A stretch of DNA of 63,702 nt, counting the filler, from Octopus bimaculoides (Eukaryota): the NCBI RefSeq assembly GCF_001194135.2. It is 6 parts of 5 records of this genome, joined end to end, with 100 filler letters (N's around TTAATTAATTAA, not from the genome) between each part and the next. Parts side by side here need not be neighbours in the genome. Positions count along the whole stretch, not along the records: positions 27,109 to 48,707 come from NC_068985.1; positions 48,808 to 55,280 come from NC_068987.1; 4 more parts are not named here. The stretch is one strand, 5' to 3'. Of the stretch, positions 38,936-51,774 are shown in pieces (the stretch's first letter is position 1; the number at the start of each line of letters is the position of its first letter). The position numbers and the translations under genes were made by a program. The notes beneath the pieces are model-generated. The model worked only from the letters and a program-made list of their open reading frames with translations. It searched no databases and was not told the origin of the DNA.

Positions 38936-38979
38936 ACACCTGACGAAGGCTGGAGGGTATATCAGCCGAAACGTTGTGT
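38936..38979 (+). ncRNA. Minimal type I hammerhead ribozyme motif
   Basis: ACAC-CTGACGA-a-GGCTG-gagggtatat-CAGCC-GAAAC-GTT-GTGT: intact core, stem I ACAC/GTGT, 5-bp stem II and loopless palindromic stem III (AACGTT). Predicted cleavage after 38975. Confidence 0.75.
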
Positions 38980-41900
38980 TAACAACAAACAAGATGAGGA
39001 GAAATATCCGTCAAATGTAAATAATGTAAATATATTTTTACATTTATTTATTTAACAGTATTTAACAAATAGGTTTATTGTCAATTAAAAGATTTCGATT
39101 AAAAAACATATATAAAATCAAATTGCCCATAAAAGTATTTGCTGTCCACGGACCCCCTGTGGTCCGCGGACCACAGTTCGAAAACCCCTGGTTTAGACTG
39201 AGAGGAAACGTACAAAACAAATGTGTTCAAACTACGACTATTGCCTTGAGAGAAATACTGTAGGCCAGGTTAGATTATCTAAGGTGTTCTTTATAAATGA
39301 CGGTAGGCTGTGACTTGAGGGAGATTTGGTTGTTGTTTCTAACAGGTCGAGCGATTGCATAAAGACTTTGTCGTTGGTTCGTCAGAGATTTTTAGCCAGC
39401 ACAGCGACAAAGCTGCACGCGCGCACGCATATACACGTAGCCGCGTGCAGACACGCCTTTTCAAAACACGCAGACGTACTCGTGCATACACCAGTTATAT
39501 ACATGCATAAACATCCTTGCATATTCATGCAGATACACTCTCATATAACCACACAGACATACTCACGTTTACACACGCGTATATACACAACAGTTTTATA
39601 TAAACACAGTCAAACTCACAGATACACACACACACCCGCGCATACGCAAGCAGACACGCTCATTTGTAAACCTACGTATACACAAGCAAACGTTTTCTTT
39701 GTATCGAAATTTAAAGACTAAAAATAAATATGCAAATAAAGAACGTTGTTACCCTACAAAATTAAATAGAAACACACATACAAAAAAAAAAAAACAAGAA
39801 AAAACAAAATCTCGAAGACACTATAAACACTTCGAGCACACATATCCGAGAGAAAATGGGGTATTATATATAGAAAGAGGTGTACAGTAAATAAATATAG
39901 AGGTACAGGTTACTAGAAGAGAATGGAGTGAAGAAATTAATGGAAACAAAATAAAGCAAAATAATAAAATGAAATCAGGCTGCGGTGGTAAAATATAAAA
40001 TAAACGCAAGGAGTAAATCTTGGTTAATTGCCAATTATGCCGTAAATGAATTTGGTTAATCTCATGTTAATGTGCAGCTTCCTAGAAAAAAAACAAAAAT
40101 GTTTGGTAATTTTGCAACTGACTTTGCGCCATTCTAAACAACGAGCGAACCTCTATGTGGTCGCCCGCTTTGCTAGAAATAACAAAACGTGCCTTAACTC
40201 ATACCCTACAGTTTTAAAAAACATGAAGGAAGAACTCATAAGGTACCGTACTTGATGGCGATATATAAAGACGAGATGGTCTTTAATTATGGATTTTGAA
40301 CGGGGTTGGTCTGAGGCCAGGAAAAACATCAATGTTTAAGGAAATATAGGATTTCATTATTTAAAAATATGAACGAAATATTCTGATTTTGATACAGGTC
40401 TGTAATTTGGCAGAATTAATATTTCATAAATTGAACATCCTGAAGCTACCTAATATCCTGAAATATGTCTAATAATAAAAATGCTTTCCTTGTTAACCAC
40501 AACGAGTTGATAAAAGCGTTGCAGACACTTGCGAAAATAAAAATAATAATTATTATCCTTTCAAATCTGGGCGCAGGGCCAACGATTTTGAAGGGTTGGG
40601 TTTAGTCGATGCCATACACCCTATTATAATTATTATGTATCAAAAATAAGAAAATAAAAAGGGTAACAGTTAGGGCTAATGTCCAGTTTAGAATGAAAAA
40701 AAAAGACTGATATAAAACCAGTGATAATTCACGGCCGTAAAAATACAGTTAATAAAATTCTTAAAATAAGATAAATTGACGTTTAGAGCAAGGTCCTGGG
40801 AAAAGATAAGTTGTGATATTTAGAGAACGGTGTTTCAGTTTATGTTAGCGTTGACCACGACAGAGCTACTAAAATAATCTATTAAAAAAAAAAATCCCAA
40901 ATCTAGTCTATTTTGTTTCTTCTTTTTATAAACATAAAACAAGAGAAAAATGTTGCACTTACAAAGAGAGTTCAGTCGGCAGACTTGAGTGAGATTCTAG
41001 CAGCTAGCTACACTGTCAGAGAAATAATGACAAGAACTAATAACGTTGTACTGACACCAATACCATCCCCTCACAGTTTGCTCTCTCTCTCTCTCTCTCT
41101 CTCTGCCCCTCTTCTCTCTCTCTCCCTCTCTCTCCTACCCTTCGTTTCGTTGCATTAACAGACAAGTTAGCTGCAATGTATTGGATCCGTCACAGTCCAA
41201 CTCTGATTTCTTCGCTCTATGCTCACTGTGTTCGTGCTGATAAGCTGTTTTTACCATTTCTAGACTTGGAAATGAAAAACCGCCGAAAAGTCGGATAGTT
41301 AATTACTACCACCACCACCGGCGGCGCCGTCGTCGCCACCGGCGCCGTCGTCGTCGCCGCCATCACCACCACCACTGCCATTACCCCACCCCCACCTTTT
41401 TTTCAAGTATCTATGTCAGATTCTTTAACACAATCATGAACATCACACACCCTTGCTTTTATTTTTATTTTTAATAGTTTGTACAGGACAGATTTATTTT
41501 AATGGTCCCGTTAAAATAGGGGTAGGGGTAAGGGTAGGGCAAAATTAAAAAAAGACCGGGGCAAAATGAGTAATTTCTGATTTCTTATTAGATTCTCCTT
41601 ACTTGTTTGAAATCATCACATTGCAGGTACTGCATCATGATTTTGTGCTGCTGCATCATCTTTAGAAGAAGTAAAAATTGGTCAGCATAGATGCTGAAGA
41701 TGTGGGCACTTTTCGTTTCAAGAAATATTTCCTCAACTTTGACTCGATTGTAATTGAGGCTGCTAATAAAATCTTGAGATAATTTTTGGTGTTTAACAAT
41801 CGATACTCTTTTCTCTGTTGGATTCCAAGTGAATTTTTTCCCTACACTCATGTCTAATTTGATAATTTTCAATTTTCAGAAAATGGGGTCAAATTTTCTA

Positions 41901-42122
41901 AATTTTCTAAAATGGGGTAAAATGAGTAATGACTAATTTCAGTTATTTTTTCTCTTCAGCTGTATGGTGTGCAAATATATCACGAAGAGAGAGAGACACT
42001 CCAGCAGATCGTGAACAAGCTGTAGGGAATATTTTATGTTGAGTTTTTTTTTTTTATATATTTAGTTGAGTCTCGTTAATTTCATATATGTTATTTTTTT
42101 CTGATCCTCTTTCATTTGATTT

Positions 42123-42278
42123 AGGCATAGGAGCGGCTGTGTGGTAAGTAGCTTGCTTACCAACCACATAGCTCCGGGTTCAGTTCCACTGCGTGGCACC
42201 TTGGGCATGTGTCTTCTACTATAGCCTCAGGCCGACCAAAGCCTTGTGAGTGGATTTGGTAGATGGAAACTGAAAGAT
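42123..42278 (+). mobile_element. Young OR2-type SINE head
   Basis: Close match to 27784-27949 in reverse orientation. Confidence 0.85.
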
Positions 42279-42711
42279 GTGTGTGTGTGTATATGTTTGT
42301 TAATCTCTCACAAAATCGTAAACTTTTACAAATGAACATGGCTTTTAGAAACCTATAACTTCACAGTTGGCCTCTTTTAAATAAGTCCTATTACCATTGT
42401 TATAATAGATTTCTTTAAATAAATGCTCTTGTTGACCAGAACGAAAGAGACTGTTTTGTTGGGGAAAATATAAAATTTACATAGATACTGCAGTGGTATA
42501 GGAGGGGGTGAAGCGTTTATTCTCTAACATTAACAAAAGAAGTATTAGCCAAGCATGGATTTGTATGGTAGAGAAAGGGTTGGTGAGTTGATTATTGAGT
42601 TATGAGATGAATAGATTTATGTATATATTCGAGTGATACTTATGGCACAAAGGTGCTCATTCAATTGTGTCTTAATTGATTTATGATTAAAGGTCTATGG
42701 AAAATTGATTT

Positions 42712-43133
42712 AACATACATAAATACATAAATACATACATACATACATACATACATACATAAATACATACATACATTCATACATACATACATACATACAT
42801 ACATACGTACGTACATACATACATACATACATACATACAAACATACATACATACAAACATACATACATACATACGTACGTACATACATACATACATACGT
42901 ACATACGTACATACATACATACATACATACATACATAAATACATACATACATACATTCATACATACACATACATACATACATACATACAAACATACAAAC
43001 ATACATACATACATACGTACATACATACATACATACATACAAACATACATACATACATACATACGTACATACATACATACATACAAACATACGTACATAC
43101 ATACATACATACGTACATACATACATACATACA
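42712..43133. repeat. ~420-bp interrupted (TACA)n array adjoining an OR2 head fragment (43135-43240, minus)
   Basis: Direct reading. Confidence 0.95.
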
Positions 43134-43371
43134 ATGGGTTTCCACAGCAATATGTCAACCAAATTCACTTACAAGGCATTTTGGGATTAGGGCTATTGTA
43201 AGAGACACTTGCCATAGTGAACTTCTTAACCACACAGCCATGATTTCTTTGAAATGTGTTGATGATTTTTCAGTTTTGTGATATCTCTTCTCTAGGTGTC
43301 TACTGCTAATTTACTGTTTCCTATTTGAATCAAAACCTCTGCAAACTGACCCTCCTCTAACTGTATATCCC

Positions 43372-43680
<309 letters not shown>

Positions 43681-43829
43681 GTATAATTATTATGAGAATG
43701 GAGTATTTCTTGAAGGCTGAAGACAACTTCTTCTTATACTGCTGGAATATTTCTGTGGTACTGCTGTACCTACTGCAATTGCTCATCACCCATGAAATAA
43801 ATCTAAAGAAACTTTAGGTATTCATTAGA

Positions 43830-44340
43830 TAAGAGCAAAACAGAATCAGTAAAATGGTAAAACTGTCTGAACCCTAAAAGGTGGCACTCATCCTTGTGGT
43901 AATTTGAAAGCAGGTGATGTAACTTTACATGTTTGCCCAGAAATACTGGAAGCCTCTAGTGAGGCTATGTAAGTTGACTTCTGTAGTTAAGGAGGTTCAG
44001 TGAGTTGTGGGGAAAGCCCTTTGTCACTAGTACAACACAGCCCAGGAGATTTACCATCTCATTTTTTTACTCTGCAGTGTTTATAGATGCACACATGCCA
44101 CCTCTCAGAATTGTAGAATCCACTTCATAGTTGATGGATGTGTCACGATGAAAGGCAGCAAGTCTCTTGTTCTGCCACATACTTGTTGTCATTGCTATGC
44201 AGCAAGTTGTGCTTGCATTTAAGTTGGAGTTTCTGATGCCCAGCCTACTGAATGCCTGACTAAAACTGCAGCTTCTTTAGAAGTCTCCTTTTCCATAAGA
44301 GTTTCTACTGCACTCAGTTTTGCCTGTCTGGTTCTCTGCT
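43830..44340 (-). mobile_element. Helitron Rep N-terminal fossil
   Basis: Fragments RLAAFHRDTSINY, PQLTEPP, YITCFQIT and VPPFRVQ occur in the order typical of Helitron N-terminal regions; many stops. Confidence 0.55.
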
Positions 44341-44810
44341 CTATTATTCAAGCTATTCTCCCTGTTAACAACTCTCTTTTTCTCTCTTATCATTTTTTTC
44401 CTGCATCTACATTTACACTTGCAGAACATTGCCTCAGAAGTCTCATTTACAAACAATTATTGTCTGTAAAAAGCAGTAAAAGAAAAAAATTACCAAATAC
44501 AAAATCTCTGAAGAAATTTGATTAAATTATTAACACATGCTGCTGTTTTCCTCCGCATCTGTTTCCAAGTTACATGAAATATAATAGAAAATTATGCCTT
44601 GTCTGGTTCACTGGGTGGCAAGTTGAACTTCTCTCTCTCTCTCTTAAAGATTTTTAAAATCTCTCTGTTCATTCTTTTTCTTGCTTGTGCATATGCACTT
44701 ATAGAATATTGTTTCTTAGATCCTATTTATAAAGAATTTATTGTTTGTAAAGAAAAAAAAAAATATAATTTTAGACTTGTTTATAAATTTAGTTAAATGT
44801 GAATTTGGTA

Positions 44811-44912
44811 CAGACAATAACTTCTTTATACAAACAATAACTTCTTTATACAAACAATAACTTTTTTTCTGCAGATAGTAACTTTGTTTTTATAGACAAT
44901 AACTTCTTTATA
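44811..44912. repeat. 20-bp tandem repeat (acaataacttctttatacaa), ~5 decaying copies
   Basis: Direct reading. Confidence 0.8.
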
Positions 44913-45019
44913 AAGGGCAAAGTCGACCTCAGCAGAATTTGAACTCAGAACGTAGTGACAGGCAAAATATTGCTAAACATTTCGCCTGGCATGCTAACAA
45001 TTCTGCCAGCTCACCATCT

Positions 45020-45059
<40 letters not shown>

Positions 45060-45395
45060 GCTACTGCTGCTGCTGCTGTAACTACTACTACTACTATTAT
45101 ATATATATATTATTAATATTTTGAACTAATAGATATAAGTCAATTAGAAGATGGAAAATAAGATTGTACAGAATAAAGTTTAATACCAATCCATCTTCTC
45201 GTTACTTAATGTGTGTGTGTGTGTGTGTGCAAAACAGACTGATAAAATAAGCACCAGGTTTTTAAAAAGAACAAGCAATAGGGTCAATTTGCTTAATTAA
45301 ACTCTTCAAGGATGTGTTTTACTTTTTGAAACAATCAAAAAGTAAAAAAGATGAAAGATATGTCAGCGGCACATTATGGCTGAGATAGTTGTTTA

Positions 45396-45789
45396 ACGTG
45401 GAGGCGCAATGGCCCAGTGGTTAGGGCAGCGGACTCGCGGTCATAGGATCGCGGTTTCGATTCCCAGACCGGGCGTTGTGAGTGTTTATTGAGCGAAAAC
45501 ACCTAAAGGTCCACGAGGCTCCGGCAGGGGATGGTGGCGAACCCTGCTGTACTCTTTCACCACAACTTTCTCTCACTCTTTCTTCCTGTTTCTGTTGTGC
45601 TTGTAATTCAAAGGGCCAGCCTTATCACACTCTGTGTCACGCTGAATATCCCCGAGAACTACGTTAAGGGTACACGTGTCTGTGGAGTGCTCAGCCACTT
45701 GCACGTTAATTTCACGAGCAGGCTGTTCCGTTGATCGGATCAACTGGAACCCTCGACATCGTAAGCGACGAAGTGCCAACAACAACAAC
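45396..45789 (+). mobile_element. Full-length young OR1-type tRNA SINE with (AAC)n tail and 9-bp TSD agttgttta
   Basis: A box tggcccagtgg, B box ggtttcgattcc, TSD at 45387-45395 / 45790-45798. Confidence 0.92.
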
Positions 45790-45899
45790 AGTTGTTTAGC
45801 AAAATTTCTGTTGCTTCAAGTTCTGAAAGGATGCAGAGACTGGTCTGAGACAGCTTAGAATCTCCTCATGTAACATACAACTGTAGGAAAATGCTGCTG

Positions 45900-46215
45900 T
45901 CTCAGTATCTGAATTAGAAGCAGGGTAAGGTGGAGTGGTTAGTTATTTCTGTTGTACTGATAAAGTCTAGAGAAAACGGAGGTGGTCCTACAATGAGCAA
46001 CTGGTACATGGCCTGATGTTTCTGAACTTTATCTGTCAAGCCTATTCCTTCATAAGCTTTAATAGCACTTGAGATAATGGCCAGAAGAGCTTCATGAGAG
46101 TGTGAGCTACTAGAGAACAATCTCACCAGCATACTGTGGGTATTTCAATGATCTCAGTTTTGATTTGGGTTTGGTGGCAGCTGGCAGCCTTTTGATGTTG
46201 AAAAGATACTAGTCT
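45900..46215 (-). mobile_element. RTE-clade LINE RT fragment
   Basis: FNIKRLPAATK..DCSLVAHT..KAYEGIGLT..QAMYQ resembles the RTE FNLRRL/ADDCAL.AH/FGLT region. Confidence 0.6.
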
Positions 46216-46248
46216 TGCTGGAAGTTGATAGTGAATACCATCTCATTT

Positions 46249-46305
<57 letters not shown>

Positions 46306-46646
46306 ATAACAGTGTGGTTACAGAGATGAGGAAGATATTTAAGAACATCATGACCAACCATTCAAGATTACATGGTGGAGAAAATTCTCGAATTCGCATG
46401 AGCAACCAAATTTTCTGAGGACTTGCTACTGGAATTCCCTGTTTATAATGTCAAGTGTCTTTAACATATCCCCCCCCACAAAAAAAAACGGTGAAGTGGC
46501 CATGGTGTTACTCTTTGCATTTCTCCTTGTAGTTACCAGTTTTCACTCTCCTGTACGAGTGAGAGGCACGAGTTACATACACCAAACATATCAAGAATCT
46601 GGAAATCTTTCATCAAACAATATTAGCAGCTTTCATCCTCATTGTC

Positions 46647-47890
46647 CTCAACATCATCATTTAGCGTCCATTTTCCATGCTGGCATGGGTAAGATGGTTT
46701 GACTGGAACTGGTAAGCTGGAGAGCTGCACCAGGATTTAGTCTCTTTGGACCTGGTTTCTATGGCTGGATGTCCTTCCTAATGCCAAGCACTCTACAAAG
46801 TGCACTGGGTGTCTTTTACATGTCACCAACATAGGTACCTTTTACATGTCACTAACATGAATGCCTTTTACATGTCACTAACATGGATGCCTTTTACATG
46901 TCACCAGCACTGGCCACAATTACGATTTCACTTAGCTTGACATGTCTTTTGAAGCACAGCAAATCCCCAGAAGTCATGATCACTTGTCATTGCCTCCATG
47001 AGACTTAACATCTGAAGATCATATTTCACCACCTCGTCCCATGTTTTCATAAGTCTATTTCTTCCACAGGTTCCCTCCATGGTTAGAAATTGGCACTTCT
47101 TTATGCACCTGTCCTCATCCATATGCATCACATGACCATACCAGCACAGTCTTCTTTTTTGCACACTACATCTGATACCCTTATACTCAATTTTCGTCTC
47201 AAGACACCCTGTCGTTCATGCAACTAACATTGCATATTCAGTGAAGCATACTAGCTTCATTTCTTTCAAATCTTTGCATGTCCTCTGCAGTTACAGCTCA
47301 TGTTTCATTGCTATGTAGTATGGATCTTTGCACACACACCTCATATTAACAGCCTTTCACTTTGAGTGAGAGGCCCTTTGTTATCAACAAAGGTAGAAGC
47401 ACTCTAAACTTTACCCAGTCCATTCTTATTCTAGTAGCTATGCTCTCGGAGCATCCTTCTTCCTTGCTGACTTAGTCAACAAGGTAATGGAAACTATCTA
47501 TACTTTTAAGCATACCCCCTGCCTCAAGCAATTGACAAAGTCTATTTTCTGTACATTCCTAGTGTTTATCATACTTACACATCTGCCACACACAAAGACT
47601 GCTTTCTATGTTAACCTTCCTCTGATACTGTTGCACCACTTCTGTACCTCTAGCTTGCACTGAGTACTCCTTATGGAGTTTCTACCTACACCTTTTCTAC
47701 ATATTGAGCAGAGAGATCCCTCTCCACAATATACAGACATATATTCAGTCACCTGGTGAGATATGATATGCACAACAAAATCCTCCACAGGCCCAAAGTT
47801 AGCAGCTTTGAATCCTTATTCTATATGCATCAGTTGTGATGACTCAGATACACAGTATTTCTAAGGATCCTGTATGGCTTAGCTACACCA
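46647..47890 (-). mobile_element. RTE-clade LINE 3' fragment, with a 26-bp tandem repeat in the 3' UTR (46813-46910)
   Basis: RRLCWYGHVMHMDEDRCIKKC..KTWDEVVKYDL C-terminal motif, Cys-rich C..GVGRNSI..CKL segment and (CAT)n tail. Confidence 0.85.
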
Positions 47891-48807
47891 TCATCAAAGA
47901 ATAGCTGAAGATTAATTTGAACAGAAGAAACAATAATGCTTTAATTAGTGAAACCTACCTTTCCCCACTGTGCACTTTAGCAGTCGCACAGTCGAATAGT
48001 AATAAACAATATATAGGAGAAATATACTGTTAATAGAAGTAAGAAGAGGTACAGCAAAACATCTAGATGTTATAATTGCAACAGAAGCTGGGGCGCACTG
48101 TATTGGATTGTTTAGTTATTTGAGGATTCATAAACAAACAAGTCACTGGTTATTAGATTTGCTGGGTAAACAGTTAAGCATATGCAAGTAGATGTGTGTG
48201 TGTGTGTGTGTAAATATAATTTGTATGTATTAATGTATGTGTGTATGCATGTATTTGTGGATGTGTTTATGAATGGCTCTCTTTTTCTCTGTGTGTGTGT
48301 GTGTGTATACAATACATCCATACCAAATAGAAAATTCTATTGAAAGGTAACATTAGGAAACATATTTGATGTTGTGTCTTCATTCTTATGTTTTGTTATA
48401 TTTCTTTCTGTGGGTGTTGATCAATGGAGCATTGATGTCATCCATTTATTATTACAACAGGAATTTAGATGAGTGTATTCATTGTATACATACATATATA
48501 CATACATATATACATACATACAAACATGCATACACATACACAGACATGTATGTATATATGTATGATGTATGTATTTATATTATTAAAACTGATGATTCAT
48601 TGTGTTACACATACTCATGTCTGTCCTAATTTTCTTGGTACATATTTTCATAAGACAAGTGTTATGGATGCCAATCCCTACAGGAGTGGCTGTGCAGTAG
48701 GAAGCTGNNNNNNNNNNNNNNNNNNNNNNNNNNNNNNNNNNNNNNNNNNNNTTAATTAATTAANNNNNNNNNNNNNNNNNNNNNNNNNNNNNNNNNNNNN
48801 NNNNNNN

Positions 48808-48866
<59 letters not shown>

Positions 48867-50219
48867 AAGTAATTTTTTCATATGTGTATATATATATATG
48901 TGTGTGTGTATATATGAATATATATACACGTATATATATATATGTAAATATGTTTGTCTGTCTGTATGAGTTCTTATCCCATCCCAGACGACTGACTCAC
49001 TGAATCATTTGTTCAGTCAATAATGGCTACGACGCTACACTTGTGAATGGCAGATAAAATTAAAAAAAGAAAAATGGCAGCAGTAATAAAAAAAAAAATC
49101 GTTTGGAGGAGAAGAAAACGGAAGAAGAAAATGAAAAAAGAAGAGTCAGAAGACGAAGGAAAAGAAAAAAGAAACCATAGCATCAACTACGCCAAAGATT
49201 AACCAGAATATAAACAGCAACAAATAAAAATATTTGAAAAACCAGAAACGAATAAAGTACTCATGTATAAAAGAAAGTGAAATAAACAATAAAATATGTG
49301 TAAAATGGAGTGGTAACTTTGTAGTAAACATCGATGTACTGGTTTTCAACGTTTTGGCCGCACTTTTAACCAATGAAACACTGGCAAGATTTGTACAAAA
49401 TAAAGAAAGTTTGTTGCCATTTCTACTCATTAAAACCTACAGATCCTAGAAAGTACATACATATATACATAGATATATAGATAGTTATAGATATACATAC
49501 ATATTTATATAAATATATATGTACGTATANNNNNNNNNNNNNNNNNNNNNNNNNNNNNNNNNNNNNNNNNNNNNNNNNNNNNNNNNNNNNNNNNNNNNNN
49601 NNNNNNNNNNNNNNNNNNNNNNNNNNNNNNNNNNNNNNNNNNNNNNNNNNNNNNNNNNNNNNNNNNNNNNNNNNNNNNNNNNNNNNNNNNNNNNNNNNNN
49701 NNNNNNNNNNNNNNNNNNNNNNNNNNNNNNNNNNNNNNNNNNNNNNNNNNNNNNNNNNNNNNNNNNNNNNNNNNNNNNNNNNNNNNNNNNNNNNNNNNNN
49801 NNNNNNNNNNNNNNNNNNNNNNNNNNNNNNNNNNNNNNNNNNNNNNNNNNNNNNNNNNNNNNNNNNNNNNNNNNNNNNNNNNNNNNNNNNNNNNNNNNNN
49901 NNNNNNNNNNNNNNNNNNNNNNNNNNNNNNNNNNNNNNNNNNNNNNNNNNNNNNNNNNNNNNNNNNNNNNNNNNNNNNNNNNNNNNNNNNNNNNNNNNNN
50001 NNNNNNNNNNNNNNNNNNNNNNNNNNNNNNNNNNNNNNNNNNNNNNNNNNNNNNNNNNNNNNNNNNNNNNNNNNNNNNNNNNNNNNNNNNNNNNNNNNNN
50101 NNNNNNNNNNNNNNNNNNNTATAAAGGGCAGGGAATCGTCAATTAGTAATAAAATTAATAATTAACAATTTTGCCGAGTAGCTCAGTATGAAAAAACTTT
50201 TATCGGTAAAACCATTTAT

Positions 50220-50761
50220 AATCATAAATATACAGGGATTAGCAGGAGCTGCTTCTCCAACATACTGAGAATTCAGAAATAGCAGTTAAAGAACTACTAA
50301 TTCCAAACTACAAATTTTTTCTCTAACGGATGGCGATATTTATGGCACACACAGAACAAAAACAGAAGAGAGGAGTAAAAACAAACCTCACCCCAATGAA
50401 TCTGGGTGAGGTGTTTTAAACTCACTAGCCAATAAATTTCTTAGTGTCTGCCTCACGTGGTCTTGATGTCGCTTGGTCAAAATTCACGTGAGTTATTAGA
50501 CACTTGCAAATTTATCAGAATATTGAGGCTGAAGATCGGAATAGGGTAACTTCATATCCTTAACCGTGAAACGTCGTACCCAATTAACTAAAGGCAGGTT
50601 TGTTTTTACTCTTCTCTTCTGTTTTTGTTCTGTGTGTGCCATAAATATCGCCATCGGTTAGAGAAAAAATTTGTAGTTTGGAATCAGTAGTTCTTTGACT
50701 GCTATTTCTGAATTCTCAGTATGTTGGAGAAGCAGCTCCTGCTAATCCCTGTATATTTATG

Positions 50762-50764
<3 letters not shown>
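50220..50764. mobile_element. Foldback element: 169-bp inverted arms (50220-50388 / 50596-50764) around a ~207-bp spacer
   Basis: The arms differ at four positions by my alignment, with no gap between them. The left arm extends to ~50121; the right arm ends in (TA)n. Confidence 0.85.
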
Positions 50765-50828
<64 letters not shown>

Positions 50829-51774
50829 ACATATATATATACATATATATTTATATGTATGTATGTATATTTATATAGACATGTATGCATTCAAATAAAA
50901 ACATAAACAACACAAGTGGGTAGTGAAGCTAGTGAAAAGCATACAGTCTGCAACGTAGAATTGGACATTTAATTATCATGAAAAGATATATGGGGAATAA
51001 GTGCACACTACACAAACTACATCTCATAGAAAAAAATTAGAATATACGGCAATTCCGCAAACTGAGATCTCGAGGAAAAATGAATAATTTCAAATTATGA
51101 TGACAAGAGACTGAGTGAAAAGCTCCGTTATCGGTAAAAGCGAAAAATATTTGAAAGAGCTATCATTAACTATAAGTTTGCTTCAGATTCACTATCAGTT
51201 TAGAGGAGGATAAAGAAAAACAATATCTAAGGAAAAGGAGGCCTCTCCCAGGAATAGTTTAAATTATTTTGTCCAAGAATGAAATGAAAGATTTAAATCA
51301 GATTGCATGATATCAAAAAAGAGTACTACACTAACATTAACGGAAGAACTTACGTAATCGACCTTGAAACATTCACTACAGCTGCAAGATATTTTCTGTT
51401 TAGCTGCCACTTTTCAGTTCCTTCAATTTTTGTTCCAATTGATTTTATATTTGGTGTAATGACGTAGAATTGTATGCTAATCATATACATGAAATTCATT
51501 TTCGTCATAAATCAATAAATGAAGAGTTTATAGCTTTTAAAATTTGAAAATTTTGAGTAATTCTAGCCAATCGAAAGCCACAGACATATATGCGCCTGTT
51601 TCCAAAGTAACAAACCAGACTGTTACCAACCTGCTTACCACATGCTTAAAACACATGCGGTACGAGGGCGATCATGAGATGTTCTAAAATTAACAGCTAC
51701 ATAGGCCTTAAATTTTGCACCAATTTATTTTGTCTTTACATAATCGTGTGAATTCCTGTGTGTAAAATATAAAC

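Larger units (their letters stand above)
38386..39190. mobile_element. hAT (Charlie-like) MITE with 8-bp TSD gtctagac/gtttagac, interrupted at 38537-39030
   Basis: TIRs caagggttttcaaac / gttcgaaaacccctg; the TSD fits the NTCTAGAN target preference. Confidence 0.85.

Noticed and set aside
41590-42030. Possible small plus-strand exons after tttcttattag and ttctcttcag
   Set aside because: The peptides are short and unrecognised, the donors are weak, and the area is bracketed by repeat-like motifs. This is insufficient support.
45400-45470. tRNA-like sequence with A and B boxes (similar heads throughout)
   Set aside because: It continues into a SINE body with a tail and TSD and has no complete cloverleaf, so it is not a tRNA gene.
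46813-46910. Regularly spaced 26-bp repeats resembling a CRISPR array
   Set aside because: These are head-to-tail tandem units without unique spacers, inside an RTE 3' UTR in a eukaryote.
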